Notes under the pieces: generated by a model
The model's input: the letters and a program-made list of their open reading frames with translations, nothing else
Told to the model about the DNA's origin: nothing
Database searches by the model: none
Program-made: the position numbers and the translations under genes
Shown here: piece by piece, positions 1-8,279 of the stretch
Position numbering within the stretch: position 1 is the stretch's first letter
Layout: each line of letters starts with the position of its first letter
Assembly (NCBI GenBank): GCA_032128375.1
Contig: JAQBGU010000246.1
Span: forward strand, 1 to 64,000
Direction: 5' to 3'
From: Deltaproteobacteria bacterium
GTDB lineage: Bacteria; Myxococcota_A; UBA9160; SMWR01
Length of the DNA stretch: 64,000 nucleotides

Positions 1-57
1 CGAGGCTATGATCATCAACGCGTGTGATTCCTGCCTGTTCGTAGCTTCCCGATACGA

Positions 58-226
58 TCGGAGATCGGAAGGTCGGAGATCGGAAGGTCGGAGATCGGAA
101 GGTCGGAGATCGGAAGGTCGGAGATCGGAAGGTCGGAGATCGAAGGTCGGAGATCGAAGGTCAGAGATCGAAGGTCGAAGGTCGAAGGTCGGAGATCGGT
201 CGGAGGTCGAAGGTCGAAGATCAGAG
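58..226. repeat. Degenerating tandem array of GAGATCGGAAGGTCG
   Basis: Five exact 15-mers at 61-135, then 14-mer variants (GAGATCGAAGGTCG) and GAAGGTC heptamers; no spacers. Confidence 0.95.
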
Positions 227-256
227 TCGCGGACAGCCGATCCAGGCTGCTGATTT

Positions 257-2812
257 GTGCCGATGATTCGATCCAGTCATCGGCAGGAGCGGATCTTGAT
301 TGCGAATGCGCTGATGATCCTAGGTGCTGTTGCACGGGACAGTTCAGAGTGCATCCAGGCCACCTTTTCTCGGGTCTGTTCGCTGCGATGGGCACTCCAG
401 CTACGCATCGCTTTGCTCCTCATCATGCTCACTCTTCCGGCCGCGGCCGCGACCCGCATCACGGTTGAGCCTGCCGGAAGGTCGAACTTTACCGAGCTCG
501 GGTTGCGAAGTCAGAATCAAGTGCGCCTGCCGCAACCGCAACGGGTCATCCCGATCATGCCCCTGCCGGCGCCTCGCGAAATGGGCGGACCGGCGAGATT
601 GCCTGTACCCGCCGCCTCCGTGCTCGCTCCTGAGCCGAGCGGAATCCCGGAGGCTGGGGCGCCGACTGTCGATGACAACTTCGCTGCGCTCCACGACAAC
701 AACACTTCGATTCCACCCGACACCATGGGGGCTGCGGGGCCCAATCACCTGATGGTCATGCTCAATACGGAGGTGCGCATCCAGGACAAGACCGGTTCGA
801 ATCTCAGCACCGTTTCGCTCGACACCTTCTGGACCAGCGGAACGGGGCTCTCCGGCGACCCCTTCGACCCCCGCCTGATATTCGACTCGATCGATGACCG
901 CTGGATTGCCAGCGTAGATGTCGACAGTCGGTCGACCACTTCCGCCGTCTGGTTCGCCATCAGCGATACAGACGATCCGACTGGCAGTTGGACCTTCTAC
1001 GCGTTCGATGCCGATGCCACCAATGTCGACTGGGCGGATTTTCCCGGATTCGGAGTGAATTCCACGTGGATCGCCATCAGCAACAACATGTTCTCGGTGG
1101 CTGGAGATGTCTTCCACGCCGCCAAGATGTGGGTGCTCGACAAGTCGACCGCGCTCGCCGGTGGGGCGCTTACGATCACGGTCTTCGCCACCGGCTTCGA
1201 CGCATCGGGTGGTGCCTTCGGGGCGGCCATGCAGCCGGCCATCACCTTCGACCCATCGGAGAGCACGCTCTACATCATGGACGGGGGAACCTTTACTTCT
1301 GGCGGAATCAACCTGCTGCGCATGTCTCAGATCACAGGCACAGCGGCTTCCCCGAGCTGGAGCGTCGTCGCGGGATCGCCGTTTGCGGCTTCGGGGCTTT
1401 TCTTCGTCGCAAACAATTTCGCGTCGAGCCAGCTCCAGGCTACGCAATCAGGCACGGGCACAACGATCGACACGGGCGACGGCCGGCTGAGCACGTTCAC
1501 GATGAACCGCAACGGCCACCTCTGGATCACGCACTCGGGCGGCGCTCCGGTTGGCGCCGTGAACCGGACTAACGTCTATTGGTACGAACTCGACCCGGCG
1601 GATATGCTTTCGAGTGGTACTCCGATCGTCCAATCCGGCATCGTGGATGGCGGTGCCGGTGTGCATCACTTCTTTCCGAGTATCGCCGCCAACAAAGATG
1701 ATGCCGCCTTTCTCGGTATGTCTCGCTCCGACTCGACCAAGTTCGTCGAGGCGATCGCCATGGGTCGCGATGCAGTCGACGCGCCGGGTACGATGAGCGC
1801 GCCGACAGTCATCAAGCTCGGCGAAGATTCCTACGTCAAGACCTTCGGCGGACCCCGGGTCCGGTGGGGCGACTACAGTGCCACCGCCGTCGACCCGAGT
1901 GACGACACCGGCTTCTGGACACTCCAGGAGTATGCAGAGACCGATGTCGGCGGCGGGCCCAGCAATGATCGATGGGGAACCTGGTGGGCCAGCAGCGCGG
2001 GGTCCGTGTCCGTGTGCGGGAACCAGGTTACAGAGCTGGGTGAGCTGTGCGACGAAGGCGCAGCGAATGGGCAATTCGGCTCGTGCTGCTCGTCGGGTTG
2101 CACGTTCGAGGTGGCCAGTACTTTGTGCCGCAGCGGCTCGGGAGATTTGTGTGATGCCGACGAAGTCTGCTCCGGCGCGTCGGGGGCGTGCCCCGCTGAC
2201 GTCGTGGCTCCGATCGGCACGGTCTGTAACGTGGGGACGGGCGACCTCTGTGATCCGGACGAGGTGTGTTCGGGCGTCGCGCTAATGGCGTGCCCCGCAG
2301 ACGTGTTCGATCCGGGTACGCTGGTGTGCGACGCGGGTTCGGGCGATGTGTGCGATCCCGACGAGCTGTGTCCCGGTGTCGCGGACGCAGCTTGCCCGGC
2401 GGGCAGCACGCAGCTGGCCATCGCGGGAACGGTCTGCAACGTCGGATCGGGCGATCTCTGCGACCCCGACGAGCAGTGCAGCGGTGTCGAGGACGCGGCG
2501 TGCCCGGCGGACTTCGTCGCGGGAGATGGAACCGCGTGCCCCGACGGCGACACGTGCAACGGCGATGAAATTTGCGCGGGAGGAAATTGTACGGCGGGGA
2601 CTTCGCTCGATTGCGACGACTTGGACAGCTGCACGGCTGACAGCTGCGATGAGGTCTCCGGTTGTGCGAACGATCCAATTCCGCTCTGCTCAACAGCGCT
2701 GCCTAGCGGATCGGGTTGGAGCCGCGCCCTGCTTGGACTGTTCGTGCTGCTCGTCGGTGTGCTGCTGTCAGTGCAGCGCCGACCAAGCCGTTCGGCCGGT
2801 GGCTGCGACTAG
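257..2812 (+). CDS. Large secreted surface protein with Cys-rich disintegrin-like repeats and a C-terminal TM sorting-type tail
   Basis: Hydrophobic signal-like segment ALLLIMLTLPAAAA; globular domain with PPDTMGAAGPNH and RWGDYS; four CxxGxGDxCDxDExCxG...CPxx repeats; tail LPSGSGWSRALLGLFVLLVGVLLSVQRR. True start may lie downstream of 257. Confidence 0.8.
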   Translation: MPMIRSSHRQERILIANALMILGAVARDSSECIQATFSRVCSLRWALQLRIALLLIMLTLPAAAATRITVEPAGRSNFTELGLRSQNQVRLPQPQRVIPIMPLPAPREMGGPARLPVPAASVLAPEPSGIPEAGAPTVDDNFAALHDNNTSIPPDTMGAAGPNHLMVMLNTEVRIQDKTGSNLSTVSLDTFWTSGTGLSGDPFDPRLIFDSIDDRWIASVDVDSRSTTSAVWFAISDTDDPTGSWTFYAFDADATNVDWADFPGFGVNSTWIAISNNMFSVAGDVFHAAKMWVLDKSTALAGGALTITVFATGFDASGGAFGAAMQPAITFDPSESTLYIMDGGTFTSGGINLLRMSQITGTAASPSWSVVAGSPFAASGLFFVANNFASSQLQATQSGTGTTIDTGDGRLSTFTMNRNGHLWITHSGGAPVGAVNRTNVYWYELDPADMLSSGTPIVQSGIVDGGAGVHHFFPSIAANKDDAAFLGMSRSDSTKFVEAIAMGRDAVDAPGTMSAPTVIKLGEDSYVKTFGGPRVRWGDYSATAVDPSDDTGFWTLQEYAETDVGGGPSNDRWGTWWASSAGSVSVCGNQVTELGELCDEGAANGQFGSCCSSGCTFEVASTLCRSGSGDLCDADEVCSGASGACPADVVAPIGTVCNVGTGDLCDPDEVCSGVALMACPADVFDPGTLVCDAGSGDVCDPDELCPGVADAACPAGSTQLAIAGTVCNVGSGDLCDPDEQCSGVEDAACPADFVAGDGTACPDGDTCNGDEICAGGNCTAGTSLDCDDLDSCTADSCDEVSGCANDPIPLCSTALPSGSGWSRALLGLFVLLVGVLLSVQRRPSRSAGGCD

Positions 2813-2829
2813 CAGGAGCTGCCAGCACC

Positions 2830-3621
2830 TCACTCCTCTTCCTTGGGTTCCTCATCGGCCTCGGTCAGAAGATCGACGGTCGGCAGCGTCGTGTTCTCGA
2901 ACAGGTGTGGGTTCAGCCAACTCTGGACGCGGTAGCGCAGGATCAGACCGATCATCTGCAGCCCCAGCCGGATCGCCACCCGGGTATTGCCCGTCACGGA
3001 CGAGGTCCCCTCCCGTTTGGTGTAGTTCACCGGAATCTGGATGACTCGGGCCTCTTTCAAGATGCTGATCACCATCATCTCGGGCCCGAAGAAGCTGCCA
3101 TCCACGCTAAAGAAGGGCTCGAGTTCACGAAGTGTTTGCATACGAATGCAGCGCATCGTGCACCCGACGTCCGTGAGCGACGTGGTGTTGAACAGGAATT
3201 CCATCAGCTTGGCGACGGAAAAATTTCCCCATTTCAAGAAGAGCCCCATATTGGCGCCCTGCCAGATCAATTCCTTCACCGTGCGGCTGCCATACACGAC
3301 CTCGAAGTCCTCTGCATAGGAGAGCAGCTTGCGCACATCGTGGCCTCGGAAGGTCGCGTCGGGCTCGGCGACGATGACGAAATCACCGATGGCGTGGCGA
3401 AAGCCGCAGCGAATCGCCGCGCCGTAGCCCTGGATTGGCTCGAAGACTTCTCGAGCGTTGGTCTTCGCGACCTCTTCGCTGGTTCCCCGGGTTGCGTTGT
3501 TGTTGACGACGATGATCTCGTCGATCACCCCCGTCGCCCAGAACTCTTCTATCGAACTGCGAATCGAGTCCCGTTCGTTGTAGGTCGGAAAAATCAGCGA
3601 GACGCTGCGTCCACACCACAT
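2830..3621 (-). CDS. Glycosyltransferase family 2 (polyprenol-phosphate sugar synthase-like)
   Basis: SLIFPTYNE, EIIVVNN, QGYGAAIRCG, VYGSR and TDVGCTMR motifs. Confidence 0.88.
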   Translation of the reverse strand: MWCGRSVSLIFPTYNERDSIRSSIEEFWATGVIDEIIVVNNNATRGTSEEVAKTNAREVFEPIQGYGAAIRCGFRHAIGDFVIVAEPDATFRGHDVRKLLSYAEDFEVVYGSRTVKELIWQGANMGLFLKWGNFSVAKLMEFLFNTTSLTDVGCTMRCIRMQTLRELEPFFSVDGSFFGPEMMVISILKEARVIQIPVNYTKREGTSSVTGNTRVAIRLGLQMIGLILRYRVQSWLNPHLFENTTLPTVDLLTEADEEPKEEE

Positions 3622-3623
3622 GG

Positions 3624-4310
3624 TCAGGCCTTCTCAGCCACGACGTACATCTGTGCAGCCAACGGCTTCCACGGAGACAGCAGGTAGAGACGCGTGAGGA
3701 TGCCCGATTTCGGGAGTCGGCCGTTCATCGAGAATGGCAGCAGACCCGGAGCGATTTCAGTGACCCGCAGGCCCGACCGTGCGAGCCACTCACCGATGTT
3801 CGTGTCGTCGAACAGGGTGATATGCGTAGGATCGTCGAAATAGTTCTCGGCACACAGCCGGTGATTTGGTTGAATCAACACCAGGCGACCGTCTGGCTTG
3901 AGCACTGCCGCGACGCGTTCGAGTAGCTCATCGACATCCTCGCCCCCGAGGTGCTCGAGGAAATTGCTAGCGAAAATCATGTCCACGCTCTCTCTGGCAA
4001 TGCCGGGAAGTGCCGTGGCGCCCTCGATTCGCAGCTCCACGTCGCTTCCCGCGAAGTGGAGCATGTCCGGATTCAGATCAAAGGCGATCTTCTTTCCGGC
4101 CTGGAACTGGTTCACGAAGTCGCAGTAGCCGGGCCCCAGTTCGATCAATGTTCCGATAGCGGGCGAGCGCGTCTGGACATAACGCACGATTTCGCGCCAG
4201 ACCCGGCGACGTCCTCTGAGAACCGGATAGGCGCCCACATAGGGGTTGATATCAGCGTTGGTATCAGCGTTGGTAGCTGCGTTCGTATCAGCACTCATGA
4301 GCTGCCGCAT
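3624..4310 (-). CDS. Class I SAM-dependent methyltransferase
   Basis: LIELGPGYC motif I, SNFLEHL, VLKPDGRL, DDPTH; alternative start ATG at 4298; N-terminal 4x12-bp repeat at 4245-4292. Confidence 0.85.
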   Translation of the reverse strand: MRQLMSADTNAATNADTNADINPYVGAYPVLRGRRRVWREIVRYVQTRSPAIGTLIELGPGYCDFVNQFQAGKKIAFDLNPDMLHFAGSDVELRIEGATALPGIARESVDMIFASNFLEHLGGEDVDELLERVAAVLKPDGRLVLIQPNHRLCAENYFDDPTHITLFDDTNIGEWLARSGLRVTEIAPGLLPFSMNGRLPKSGILTRLYLLSPWKPLAAQMYVVAEKA

Positions 4311-6135
4311 TGCATCGACCGTCCTTCAACTGCTGAATCCTTTCCTGAAGAAACGGATAGTTGGCTTCATAGTTCTGGCTGAGGAGTCTCATATTTCTTG
4401 CGTAGCGCACCGGATCGGACTTCGAGTACGCGACATGCTCCAAGAAGAAGTCCAATGATCGGTGCACCAACGCCTCCTGCTTCCGGCTGGGTGCGCCCGC
4501 TGCCAGATCGAAATACGCACCCGCCAACATCAGCGTATTGGTGGGGTCGGGCGCGATGACGTGGGATGCCTCGAAATGTCGGATCTGCGATTCCAGCGGC
4601 GCCTTCTCCAGCATGTCGAGGCGGCCGAACAGGTAGTGGAGGTGCGCGAGCTGAAGCTGTTCGGAGGTCGCATAGGGGGCGCGAACCCGCCCCAGGGAGG
4701 CCTCGCGCTCGAATCCCCGAGCGATCTCGTGCCGAGCAGCCGAAGCCAGCGCACGCAGCTGTTTCGGGTCGCTCGCCATCCCCGCCTGCTGGATCCAATG
4801 CTTGGCCAGTTCTTGTATCGAGAGCAGCGAAGGTTCGTCCCGATACGCCTCGTACTTCCAGAGGCTCTCGTTGTCCGTCCAGACGGTCTGTTGCTGCCAG
4901 TTCTTGATCGAGAGGTTCAGAACCATCGCCATCGCCAACCCGGCGATCGCATAGCGGCCGGGTCTCCCACGCCGCTCATACAGCTGCAGTGCAAGGCTGA
5001 CCGCAATGGCGAGTAGGCAGAAGGAAGAGAGGTAGACGTAGCGATCCGCGCGCCAGATCCCGACATAGATCACATTCAAGTAGGGCAGCAGGCACGCGTA
5101 GAAGGCCAGCAGGTAGAACGCCAGATCTTTGCGCTTCGTCATGCAGTAGAGCGTGAACGCGCAGAGGCCCAGTGCGATCATCAACGCGGCCAACGTTTCG
5201 CCTGTCGTCAGCGGAATTTCGACGTGCGGCCAGCGATAATAGAGCGAGTGCTGCGAAGACCAGAATGTCTGCTTCAGGTATTGCCCAATGCTGAGAGGGG
5301 CGAAGGTCGCGACGTTCGCAAGGTGCTCGGGCGCAAAGGGTCCCAAGCCCCGCCATCCCGTGACGCCAAATTCAGAAACGATGCGTCCGTACCAGAGCGC
5401 GATCGCGGCGGTCACGGTCGCGTGCGGCCAGACGGGCCACACGGCCGAGCGCAAGGTGGCGAGCAGGTCGAGTGGCGCAGCCGGAGCCTTGCGACCATCG
5501 AGGTAGGGGTGCAGGGCGCGCTGCAGCGCGAGGAGCACAAAGCAGGAGATGGCTCCCATCTTGGCGAGCATGGCCAGCGCGGTCAGCAGCACGGAGCCTA
5601 AGTAGAATATTCTGCGCCGGCGCGGATCGGATGCGTCCAACTCGGATGTCTGAGCCAGCAGAGCCAGCAAGACGAAGAACACCGAGAGGAGATCCTTGCG
5701 TCCCATCACCCAACAGACGGGTTCGACATGCACCGGAACAATGGCGAACAGCCCAGCCACCCACAGCGCCATCGAAGGGCGCCCGCTGGAGCGAAGCAAA
5801 AACAAGAACAGAAGAACCACATTCGCCGCGTTGAATACGACGTTGCCCAGGTGGTAACCCACAGGATTGTCGAAACCCAAAACGCGTGCATCCAGCGCCC
5901 AGCTCACATCGCGCACAACCAGTGGCTCCTCGCGCGGGAAGTAGCCGACGAAGATTTCATAGAGGCTATGGAACAGCGATTGTTCGTCGTAGAGATTCGG
6001 ATGCGCGAGCAATACCCGGAAGTCGTCGAAGTTGACGAAGCCGAATCCCAAAGAGCGGGCATACAGCAACAGGCTACCCAGGCCCAACAGGGCACAGCAC
6101 AGAGTTGTTCGCTTACCCTGTAGAACAGCCATCAC
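4288..6135 (-). CDS. Multi-TM GT-C fold glycosyltransferase (TMTC/protein O-mannosyltransferase-like) with a helical C-terminal domain
   Basis: FVNFDD loop, YHLGNVVFNAAN, HVEPVCWVMGRKDLL, ADRYVYL and WTDNESLW motifs; many TM segments. Confidence 0.75.
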   Translation of the reverse strand: MMAVLQGKRTTLCCALLGLGSLLLYARSLGFGFVNFDDFRVLLAHPNLYDEQSLFHSLYEIFVGYFPREEPLVVRDVSWALDARVLGFDNPVGYHLGNVVFNAANVVLLFLFLLRSSGRPSMALWVAGLFAIVPVHVEPVCWVMGRKDLLSVFFVLLALLAQTSELDASDPRRRRIFYLGSVLLTALAMLAKMGAISCFVLLALQRALHPYLDGRKAPAAPLDLLATLRSAVWPVWPHATVTAAIALWYGRIVSEFGVTGWRGLGPFAPEHLANVATFAPLSIGQYLKQTFWSSQHSLYYRWPHVEIPLTTGETLAALMIALGLCAFTLYCMTKRKDLAFYLLAFYACLLPYLNVIYVGIWRADRYVYLSSFCLLAIAVSLALQLYERRGRPGRYAIAGLAMAMVLNLSIKNWQQQTVWTDNESLWKYEAYRDEPSLLSIQELAKHWIQQAGMASDPKQLRALASAARHEIARGFEREASLGRVRAPYATSEQLQLAHLHYLFGRLDMLEKAPLESQIRHFEASHVIAPDPTNTLMLAGAYFDLAAGAPSRKQEALVHRSLDFFLEHVAYSKSDPVRYARNMRLLSQNYEANYPFLQERIQQLKDGRCNAAAHEC

Positions 6136-6318
6136 CTGGGCAAACCTCTCCCCCGATCCCAGCTCCGAATCGGCCGAGGTTGCCTATGGCTTTAGGTGTG
6201 GCGGATATCCAACGGGTCTGGGATTCCGACGATAGAGAGCTGCGAGTTCTGAGTTTGGCAACGAATCGTGTGGCTGACTTCTGCTCGTGCGACGTCTTCG
6301 GAGAGCGAACTCGCCGAC

Positions 6319-6957
6319 TCAGCCAACATCCCCCCGCGCCAAGCGACGCGCGAGGTCGAGGACGAGTTCGCGGTCGTCGGGTGACAACTCGCTGAGCAGG
6401 GGTAACAGGGAAGCGAGGAACTGATCGACGCTGACCCCGGAGCTGTCCGGTTCCGGCAAATGGAGCTGGGCTTCGAAGTGCGTCGGCAGCGTCCGCTCGC
6501 CACGAGTGTCTGCGAGAGAGCGTTGGGCGGAGGCTGCCGACGGCTCCGAATCTTCGCTGCTGCTGCGGCGGGCGAGGGGACCGGCCAGCCAGTCGAGGAC
6601 GCGACGCGAGCGTTGGATGCGCGGGCCTGGCTCTTCGCGCAGCGCGGCGGAGGGTTCGCTCGGCGAGCGGTCGTCTTCGACTTCGGTCAGGCGCCGCTCC
6701 GCGTCGTAGAGCAGGGCGCCCGGCGCTACGTCGAGCGCGGTTGAAATCAGCGCGAAAGTCCGGCTCGAGGGTTCCTTCACGCCGTTTTCGATCTCGGAGA
6801 GAAACGAATAGGAGAGCCCCGTTCGCTCCGCGAAATCCTTGCGCGACCAGCCGCGATCGGTGCGGACGACCTGGATGGCGCGCCCGACCGCAGCGGCCAT
6901 CTGGCTCGATGCTGGCCGGCTCTCGGTTCGTTTCCGGGTTTTTCGCGATTCGGCCAT
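6319..6957 (-). CDS. XRE-family HTH transcriptional regulator
   Basis: RGWSRKDFAERTGLSYSFLSEIENGVKEPS cro/C1-type HTH. Confidence 0.9.
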   Translation of the reverse strand: MAESRKTRKRTESRPASSQMAAAVGRAIQVVRTDRGWSRKDFAERTGLSYSFLSEIENGVKEPSSRTFALISTALDVAPGALLYDAERRLTEVEDDRSPSEPSAALREEPGPRIQRSRRVLDWLAGPLARRSSSEDSEPSAASAQRSLADTRGERTLPTHFEAQLHLPEPDSSGVSVDQFLASLLPLLSELSPDDRELVLDLARRLARGDVG

Positions 6958-7002
6958 GGCTCTGATTGTAGCGAGTTTTTTTTCGCTTGATCCTTGTAAA
7001 TA

Positions 7003-7035
7003 ACTCTTATAGCGTTATCATAACGCCAATAGAGT
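7003..7035. promoter_or_regulatory. Palindromic candidate operator in an AT-rich divergent promoter region
   Basis: ACTC-ttata-GCGTTAT-c-ATAACGC-caata-GAGT, between the XRE gene and the divergent ARPP-1 gene. Confidence 0.6.
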
Positions 7036-7140
7036 CTAAATATCTGGCGGTTCAATCACTCAATCTGGAATGACAGCTGAACCCGGTCCGCGAGGAACTA
7101 CCTCGCTGGCCATTGACCCCAGATCTCAGGAGAAAGCGCC

Positions 7141-8214
7141 ATGACCCAACCCACCCGACACGCGATTTCCCACTTCCTCGACACGGTCCACCTCGGCCGC
7201 AGCCAGTGCGACAAGCAGCTCACGCTCTGGCCGCTGATTCGCCCCAGTGCCCGTTCGGAGATTCCCTATATCTGCCTCGCGCAGGCGCTCGAGTCTGGCG
7301 CAGCCCAGGTCGACGAAATCGGCGGCGGTTCTGTTCCGCACGTGGCGCTCGTGAACCGGGGCGATGTCTCGGTGCTGGTCCTGTTCGGGGAGGAGATTGT
7401 CGGCGCCAAGCAGAACCGGGTCGCCAACGCCAGCTTCCTGGTCGCGCCGAAGAGCCGCGTCGTGCTCGACGTATCCTGCGTCGAACAGGGCCGTTGGACC
7501 AATCGACCCGATGCGTCCTTCTCGATGGGCGACCACGTCATCTCGAGCACACTGCGCAAGGGCATGGCTACCCGCGTGGAGCACTCCCGCGCTAGCGGTG
7601 GAAGCTTCGACGCCGGCCAGCAGGCCGTCTGGAGCGACGTATCGCAACGGGTCGGGTCGATGCCGAACCCGTCGAAAACGGGTGCCTACCGCGACTACGC
7701 GCGCAGCCACCGGCGAGATCTCGAGGAGATGGCCCGCCACTTCCAGCCGATCGATGGCCAGGTTGGCTTCGTCGCTGTCCGTGACGGTCGGGTAGATGGT
7801 GTCGAGGTCGTAGGCGATCCCGCCGTGTATGCGCGCGTACACGATCGCCTGCTGCACGCCTACACGATCGACGCGCTCGAAGCTACACCCGCAGAGTTCG
7901 CGAAAGAAAAAGCAGAGTTCGCGAAAGAAAAAGAAAAGGGCGTTGAGTTTCTCGCACCCGAGGAATTCCTGCGCAAGATCGCGAGCACGGCGTACAAGAG
8001 CGGTCCCTCGCTGGGGCAGGGCGATGACCTGCGACTGCATGCGGGAGAACTGAGTGGCTGTGCGCTCGACTGCGGGGGGATCGTTCACCTGATGGCATTC
8101 CCCACGCCGATCCACGCCGATCACCCCGGCAACGGCAGCGCCAGGCCGGGCGGAACGACGGGCGGCAGCGGCGGTCGCATCCGCAGTCGTCGCTGGTGGA
8201 ATTGGCGCAGCTGA
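7141..8214 (+). CDS. ARPP-1 (DUF6569-type) domain protein
   Basis: GEEIVGAKQNR and DVSCVEQGRW motifs, QQAVW; AGGAG RBS upstream; in-frame 21-bp duplication at 7891-7932. Confidence 0.75.
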   Translation: MTQPTRHAISHFLDTVHLGRSQCDKQLTLWPLIRPSARSEIPYICLAQALESGAAQVDEIGGGSVPHVALVNRGDVSVLVLFGEEIVGAKQNRVANASFLVAPKSRVVLDVSCVEQGRWTNRPDASFSMGDHVISSTLRKGMATRVEHSRASGGSFDAGQQAVWSDVSQRVGSMPNPSKTGAYRDYARSHRRDLEEMARHFQPIDGQVGFVAVRDGRVDGVEVVGDPAVYARVHDRLLHAYTIDALEATPAEFAKEKAEFAKEKEKGVEFLAPEEFLRKIASTAYKSGPSLGQGDDLRLHAGELSGCALDCGGIVHLMAFPTPIHADHPGNGSARPGGTTGGSGGRIRSRRWWNWRS

Positions 8215-8279
8215 TGGATCAGCGGGACTTCGCCGTCGCGATCTGCGCGGCGGCGATGTCCCGGCTAGCGATCGCTCGA

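Noticed and set aside
58..226. CRISPR array (also considered for 37146-37229 and 18581-18664)
   Set aside because: Units are contiguous with no unique spacers, are too short, and no cas genes are present.
8..395. ORFs 8-253 (+) and 15-395 (-)
   Set aside because: Their low-complexity translations simply reflect the tandem repeat.
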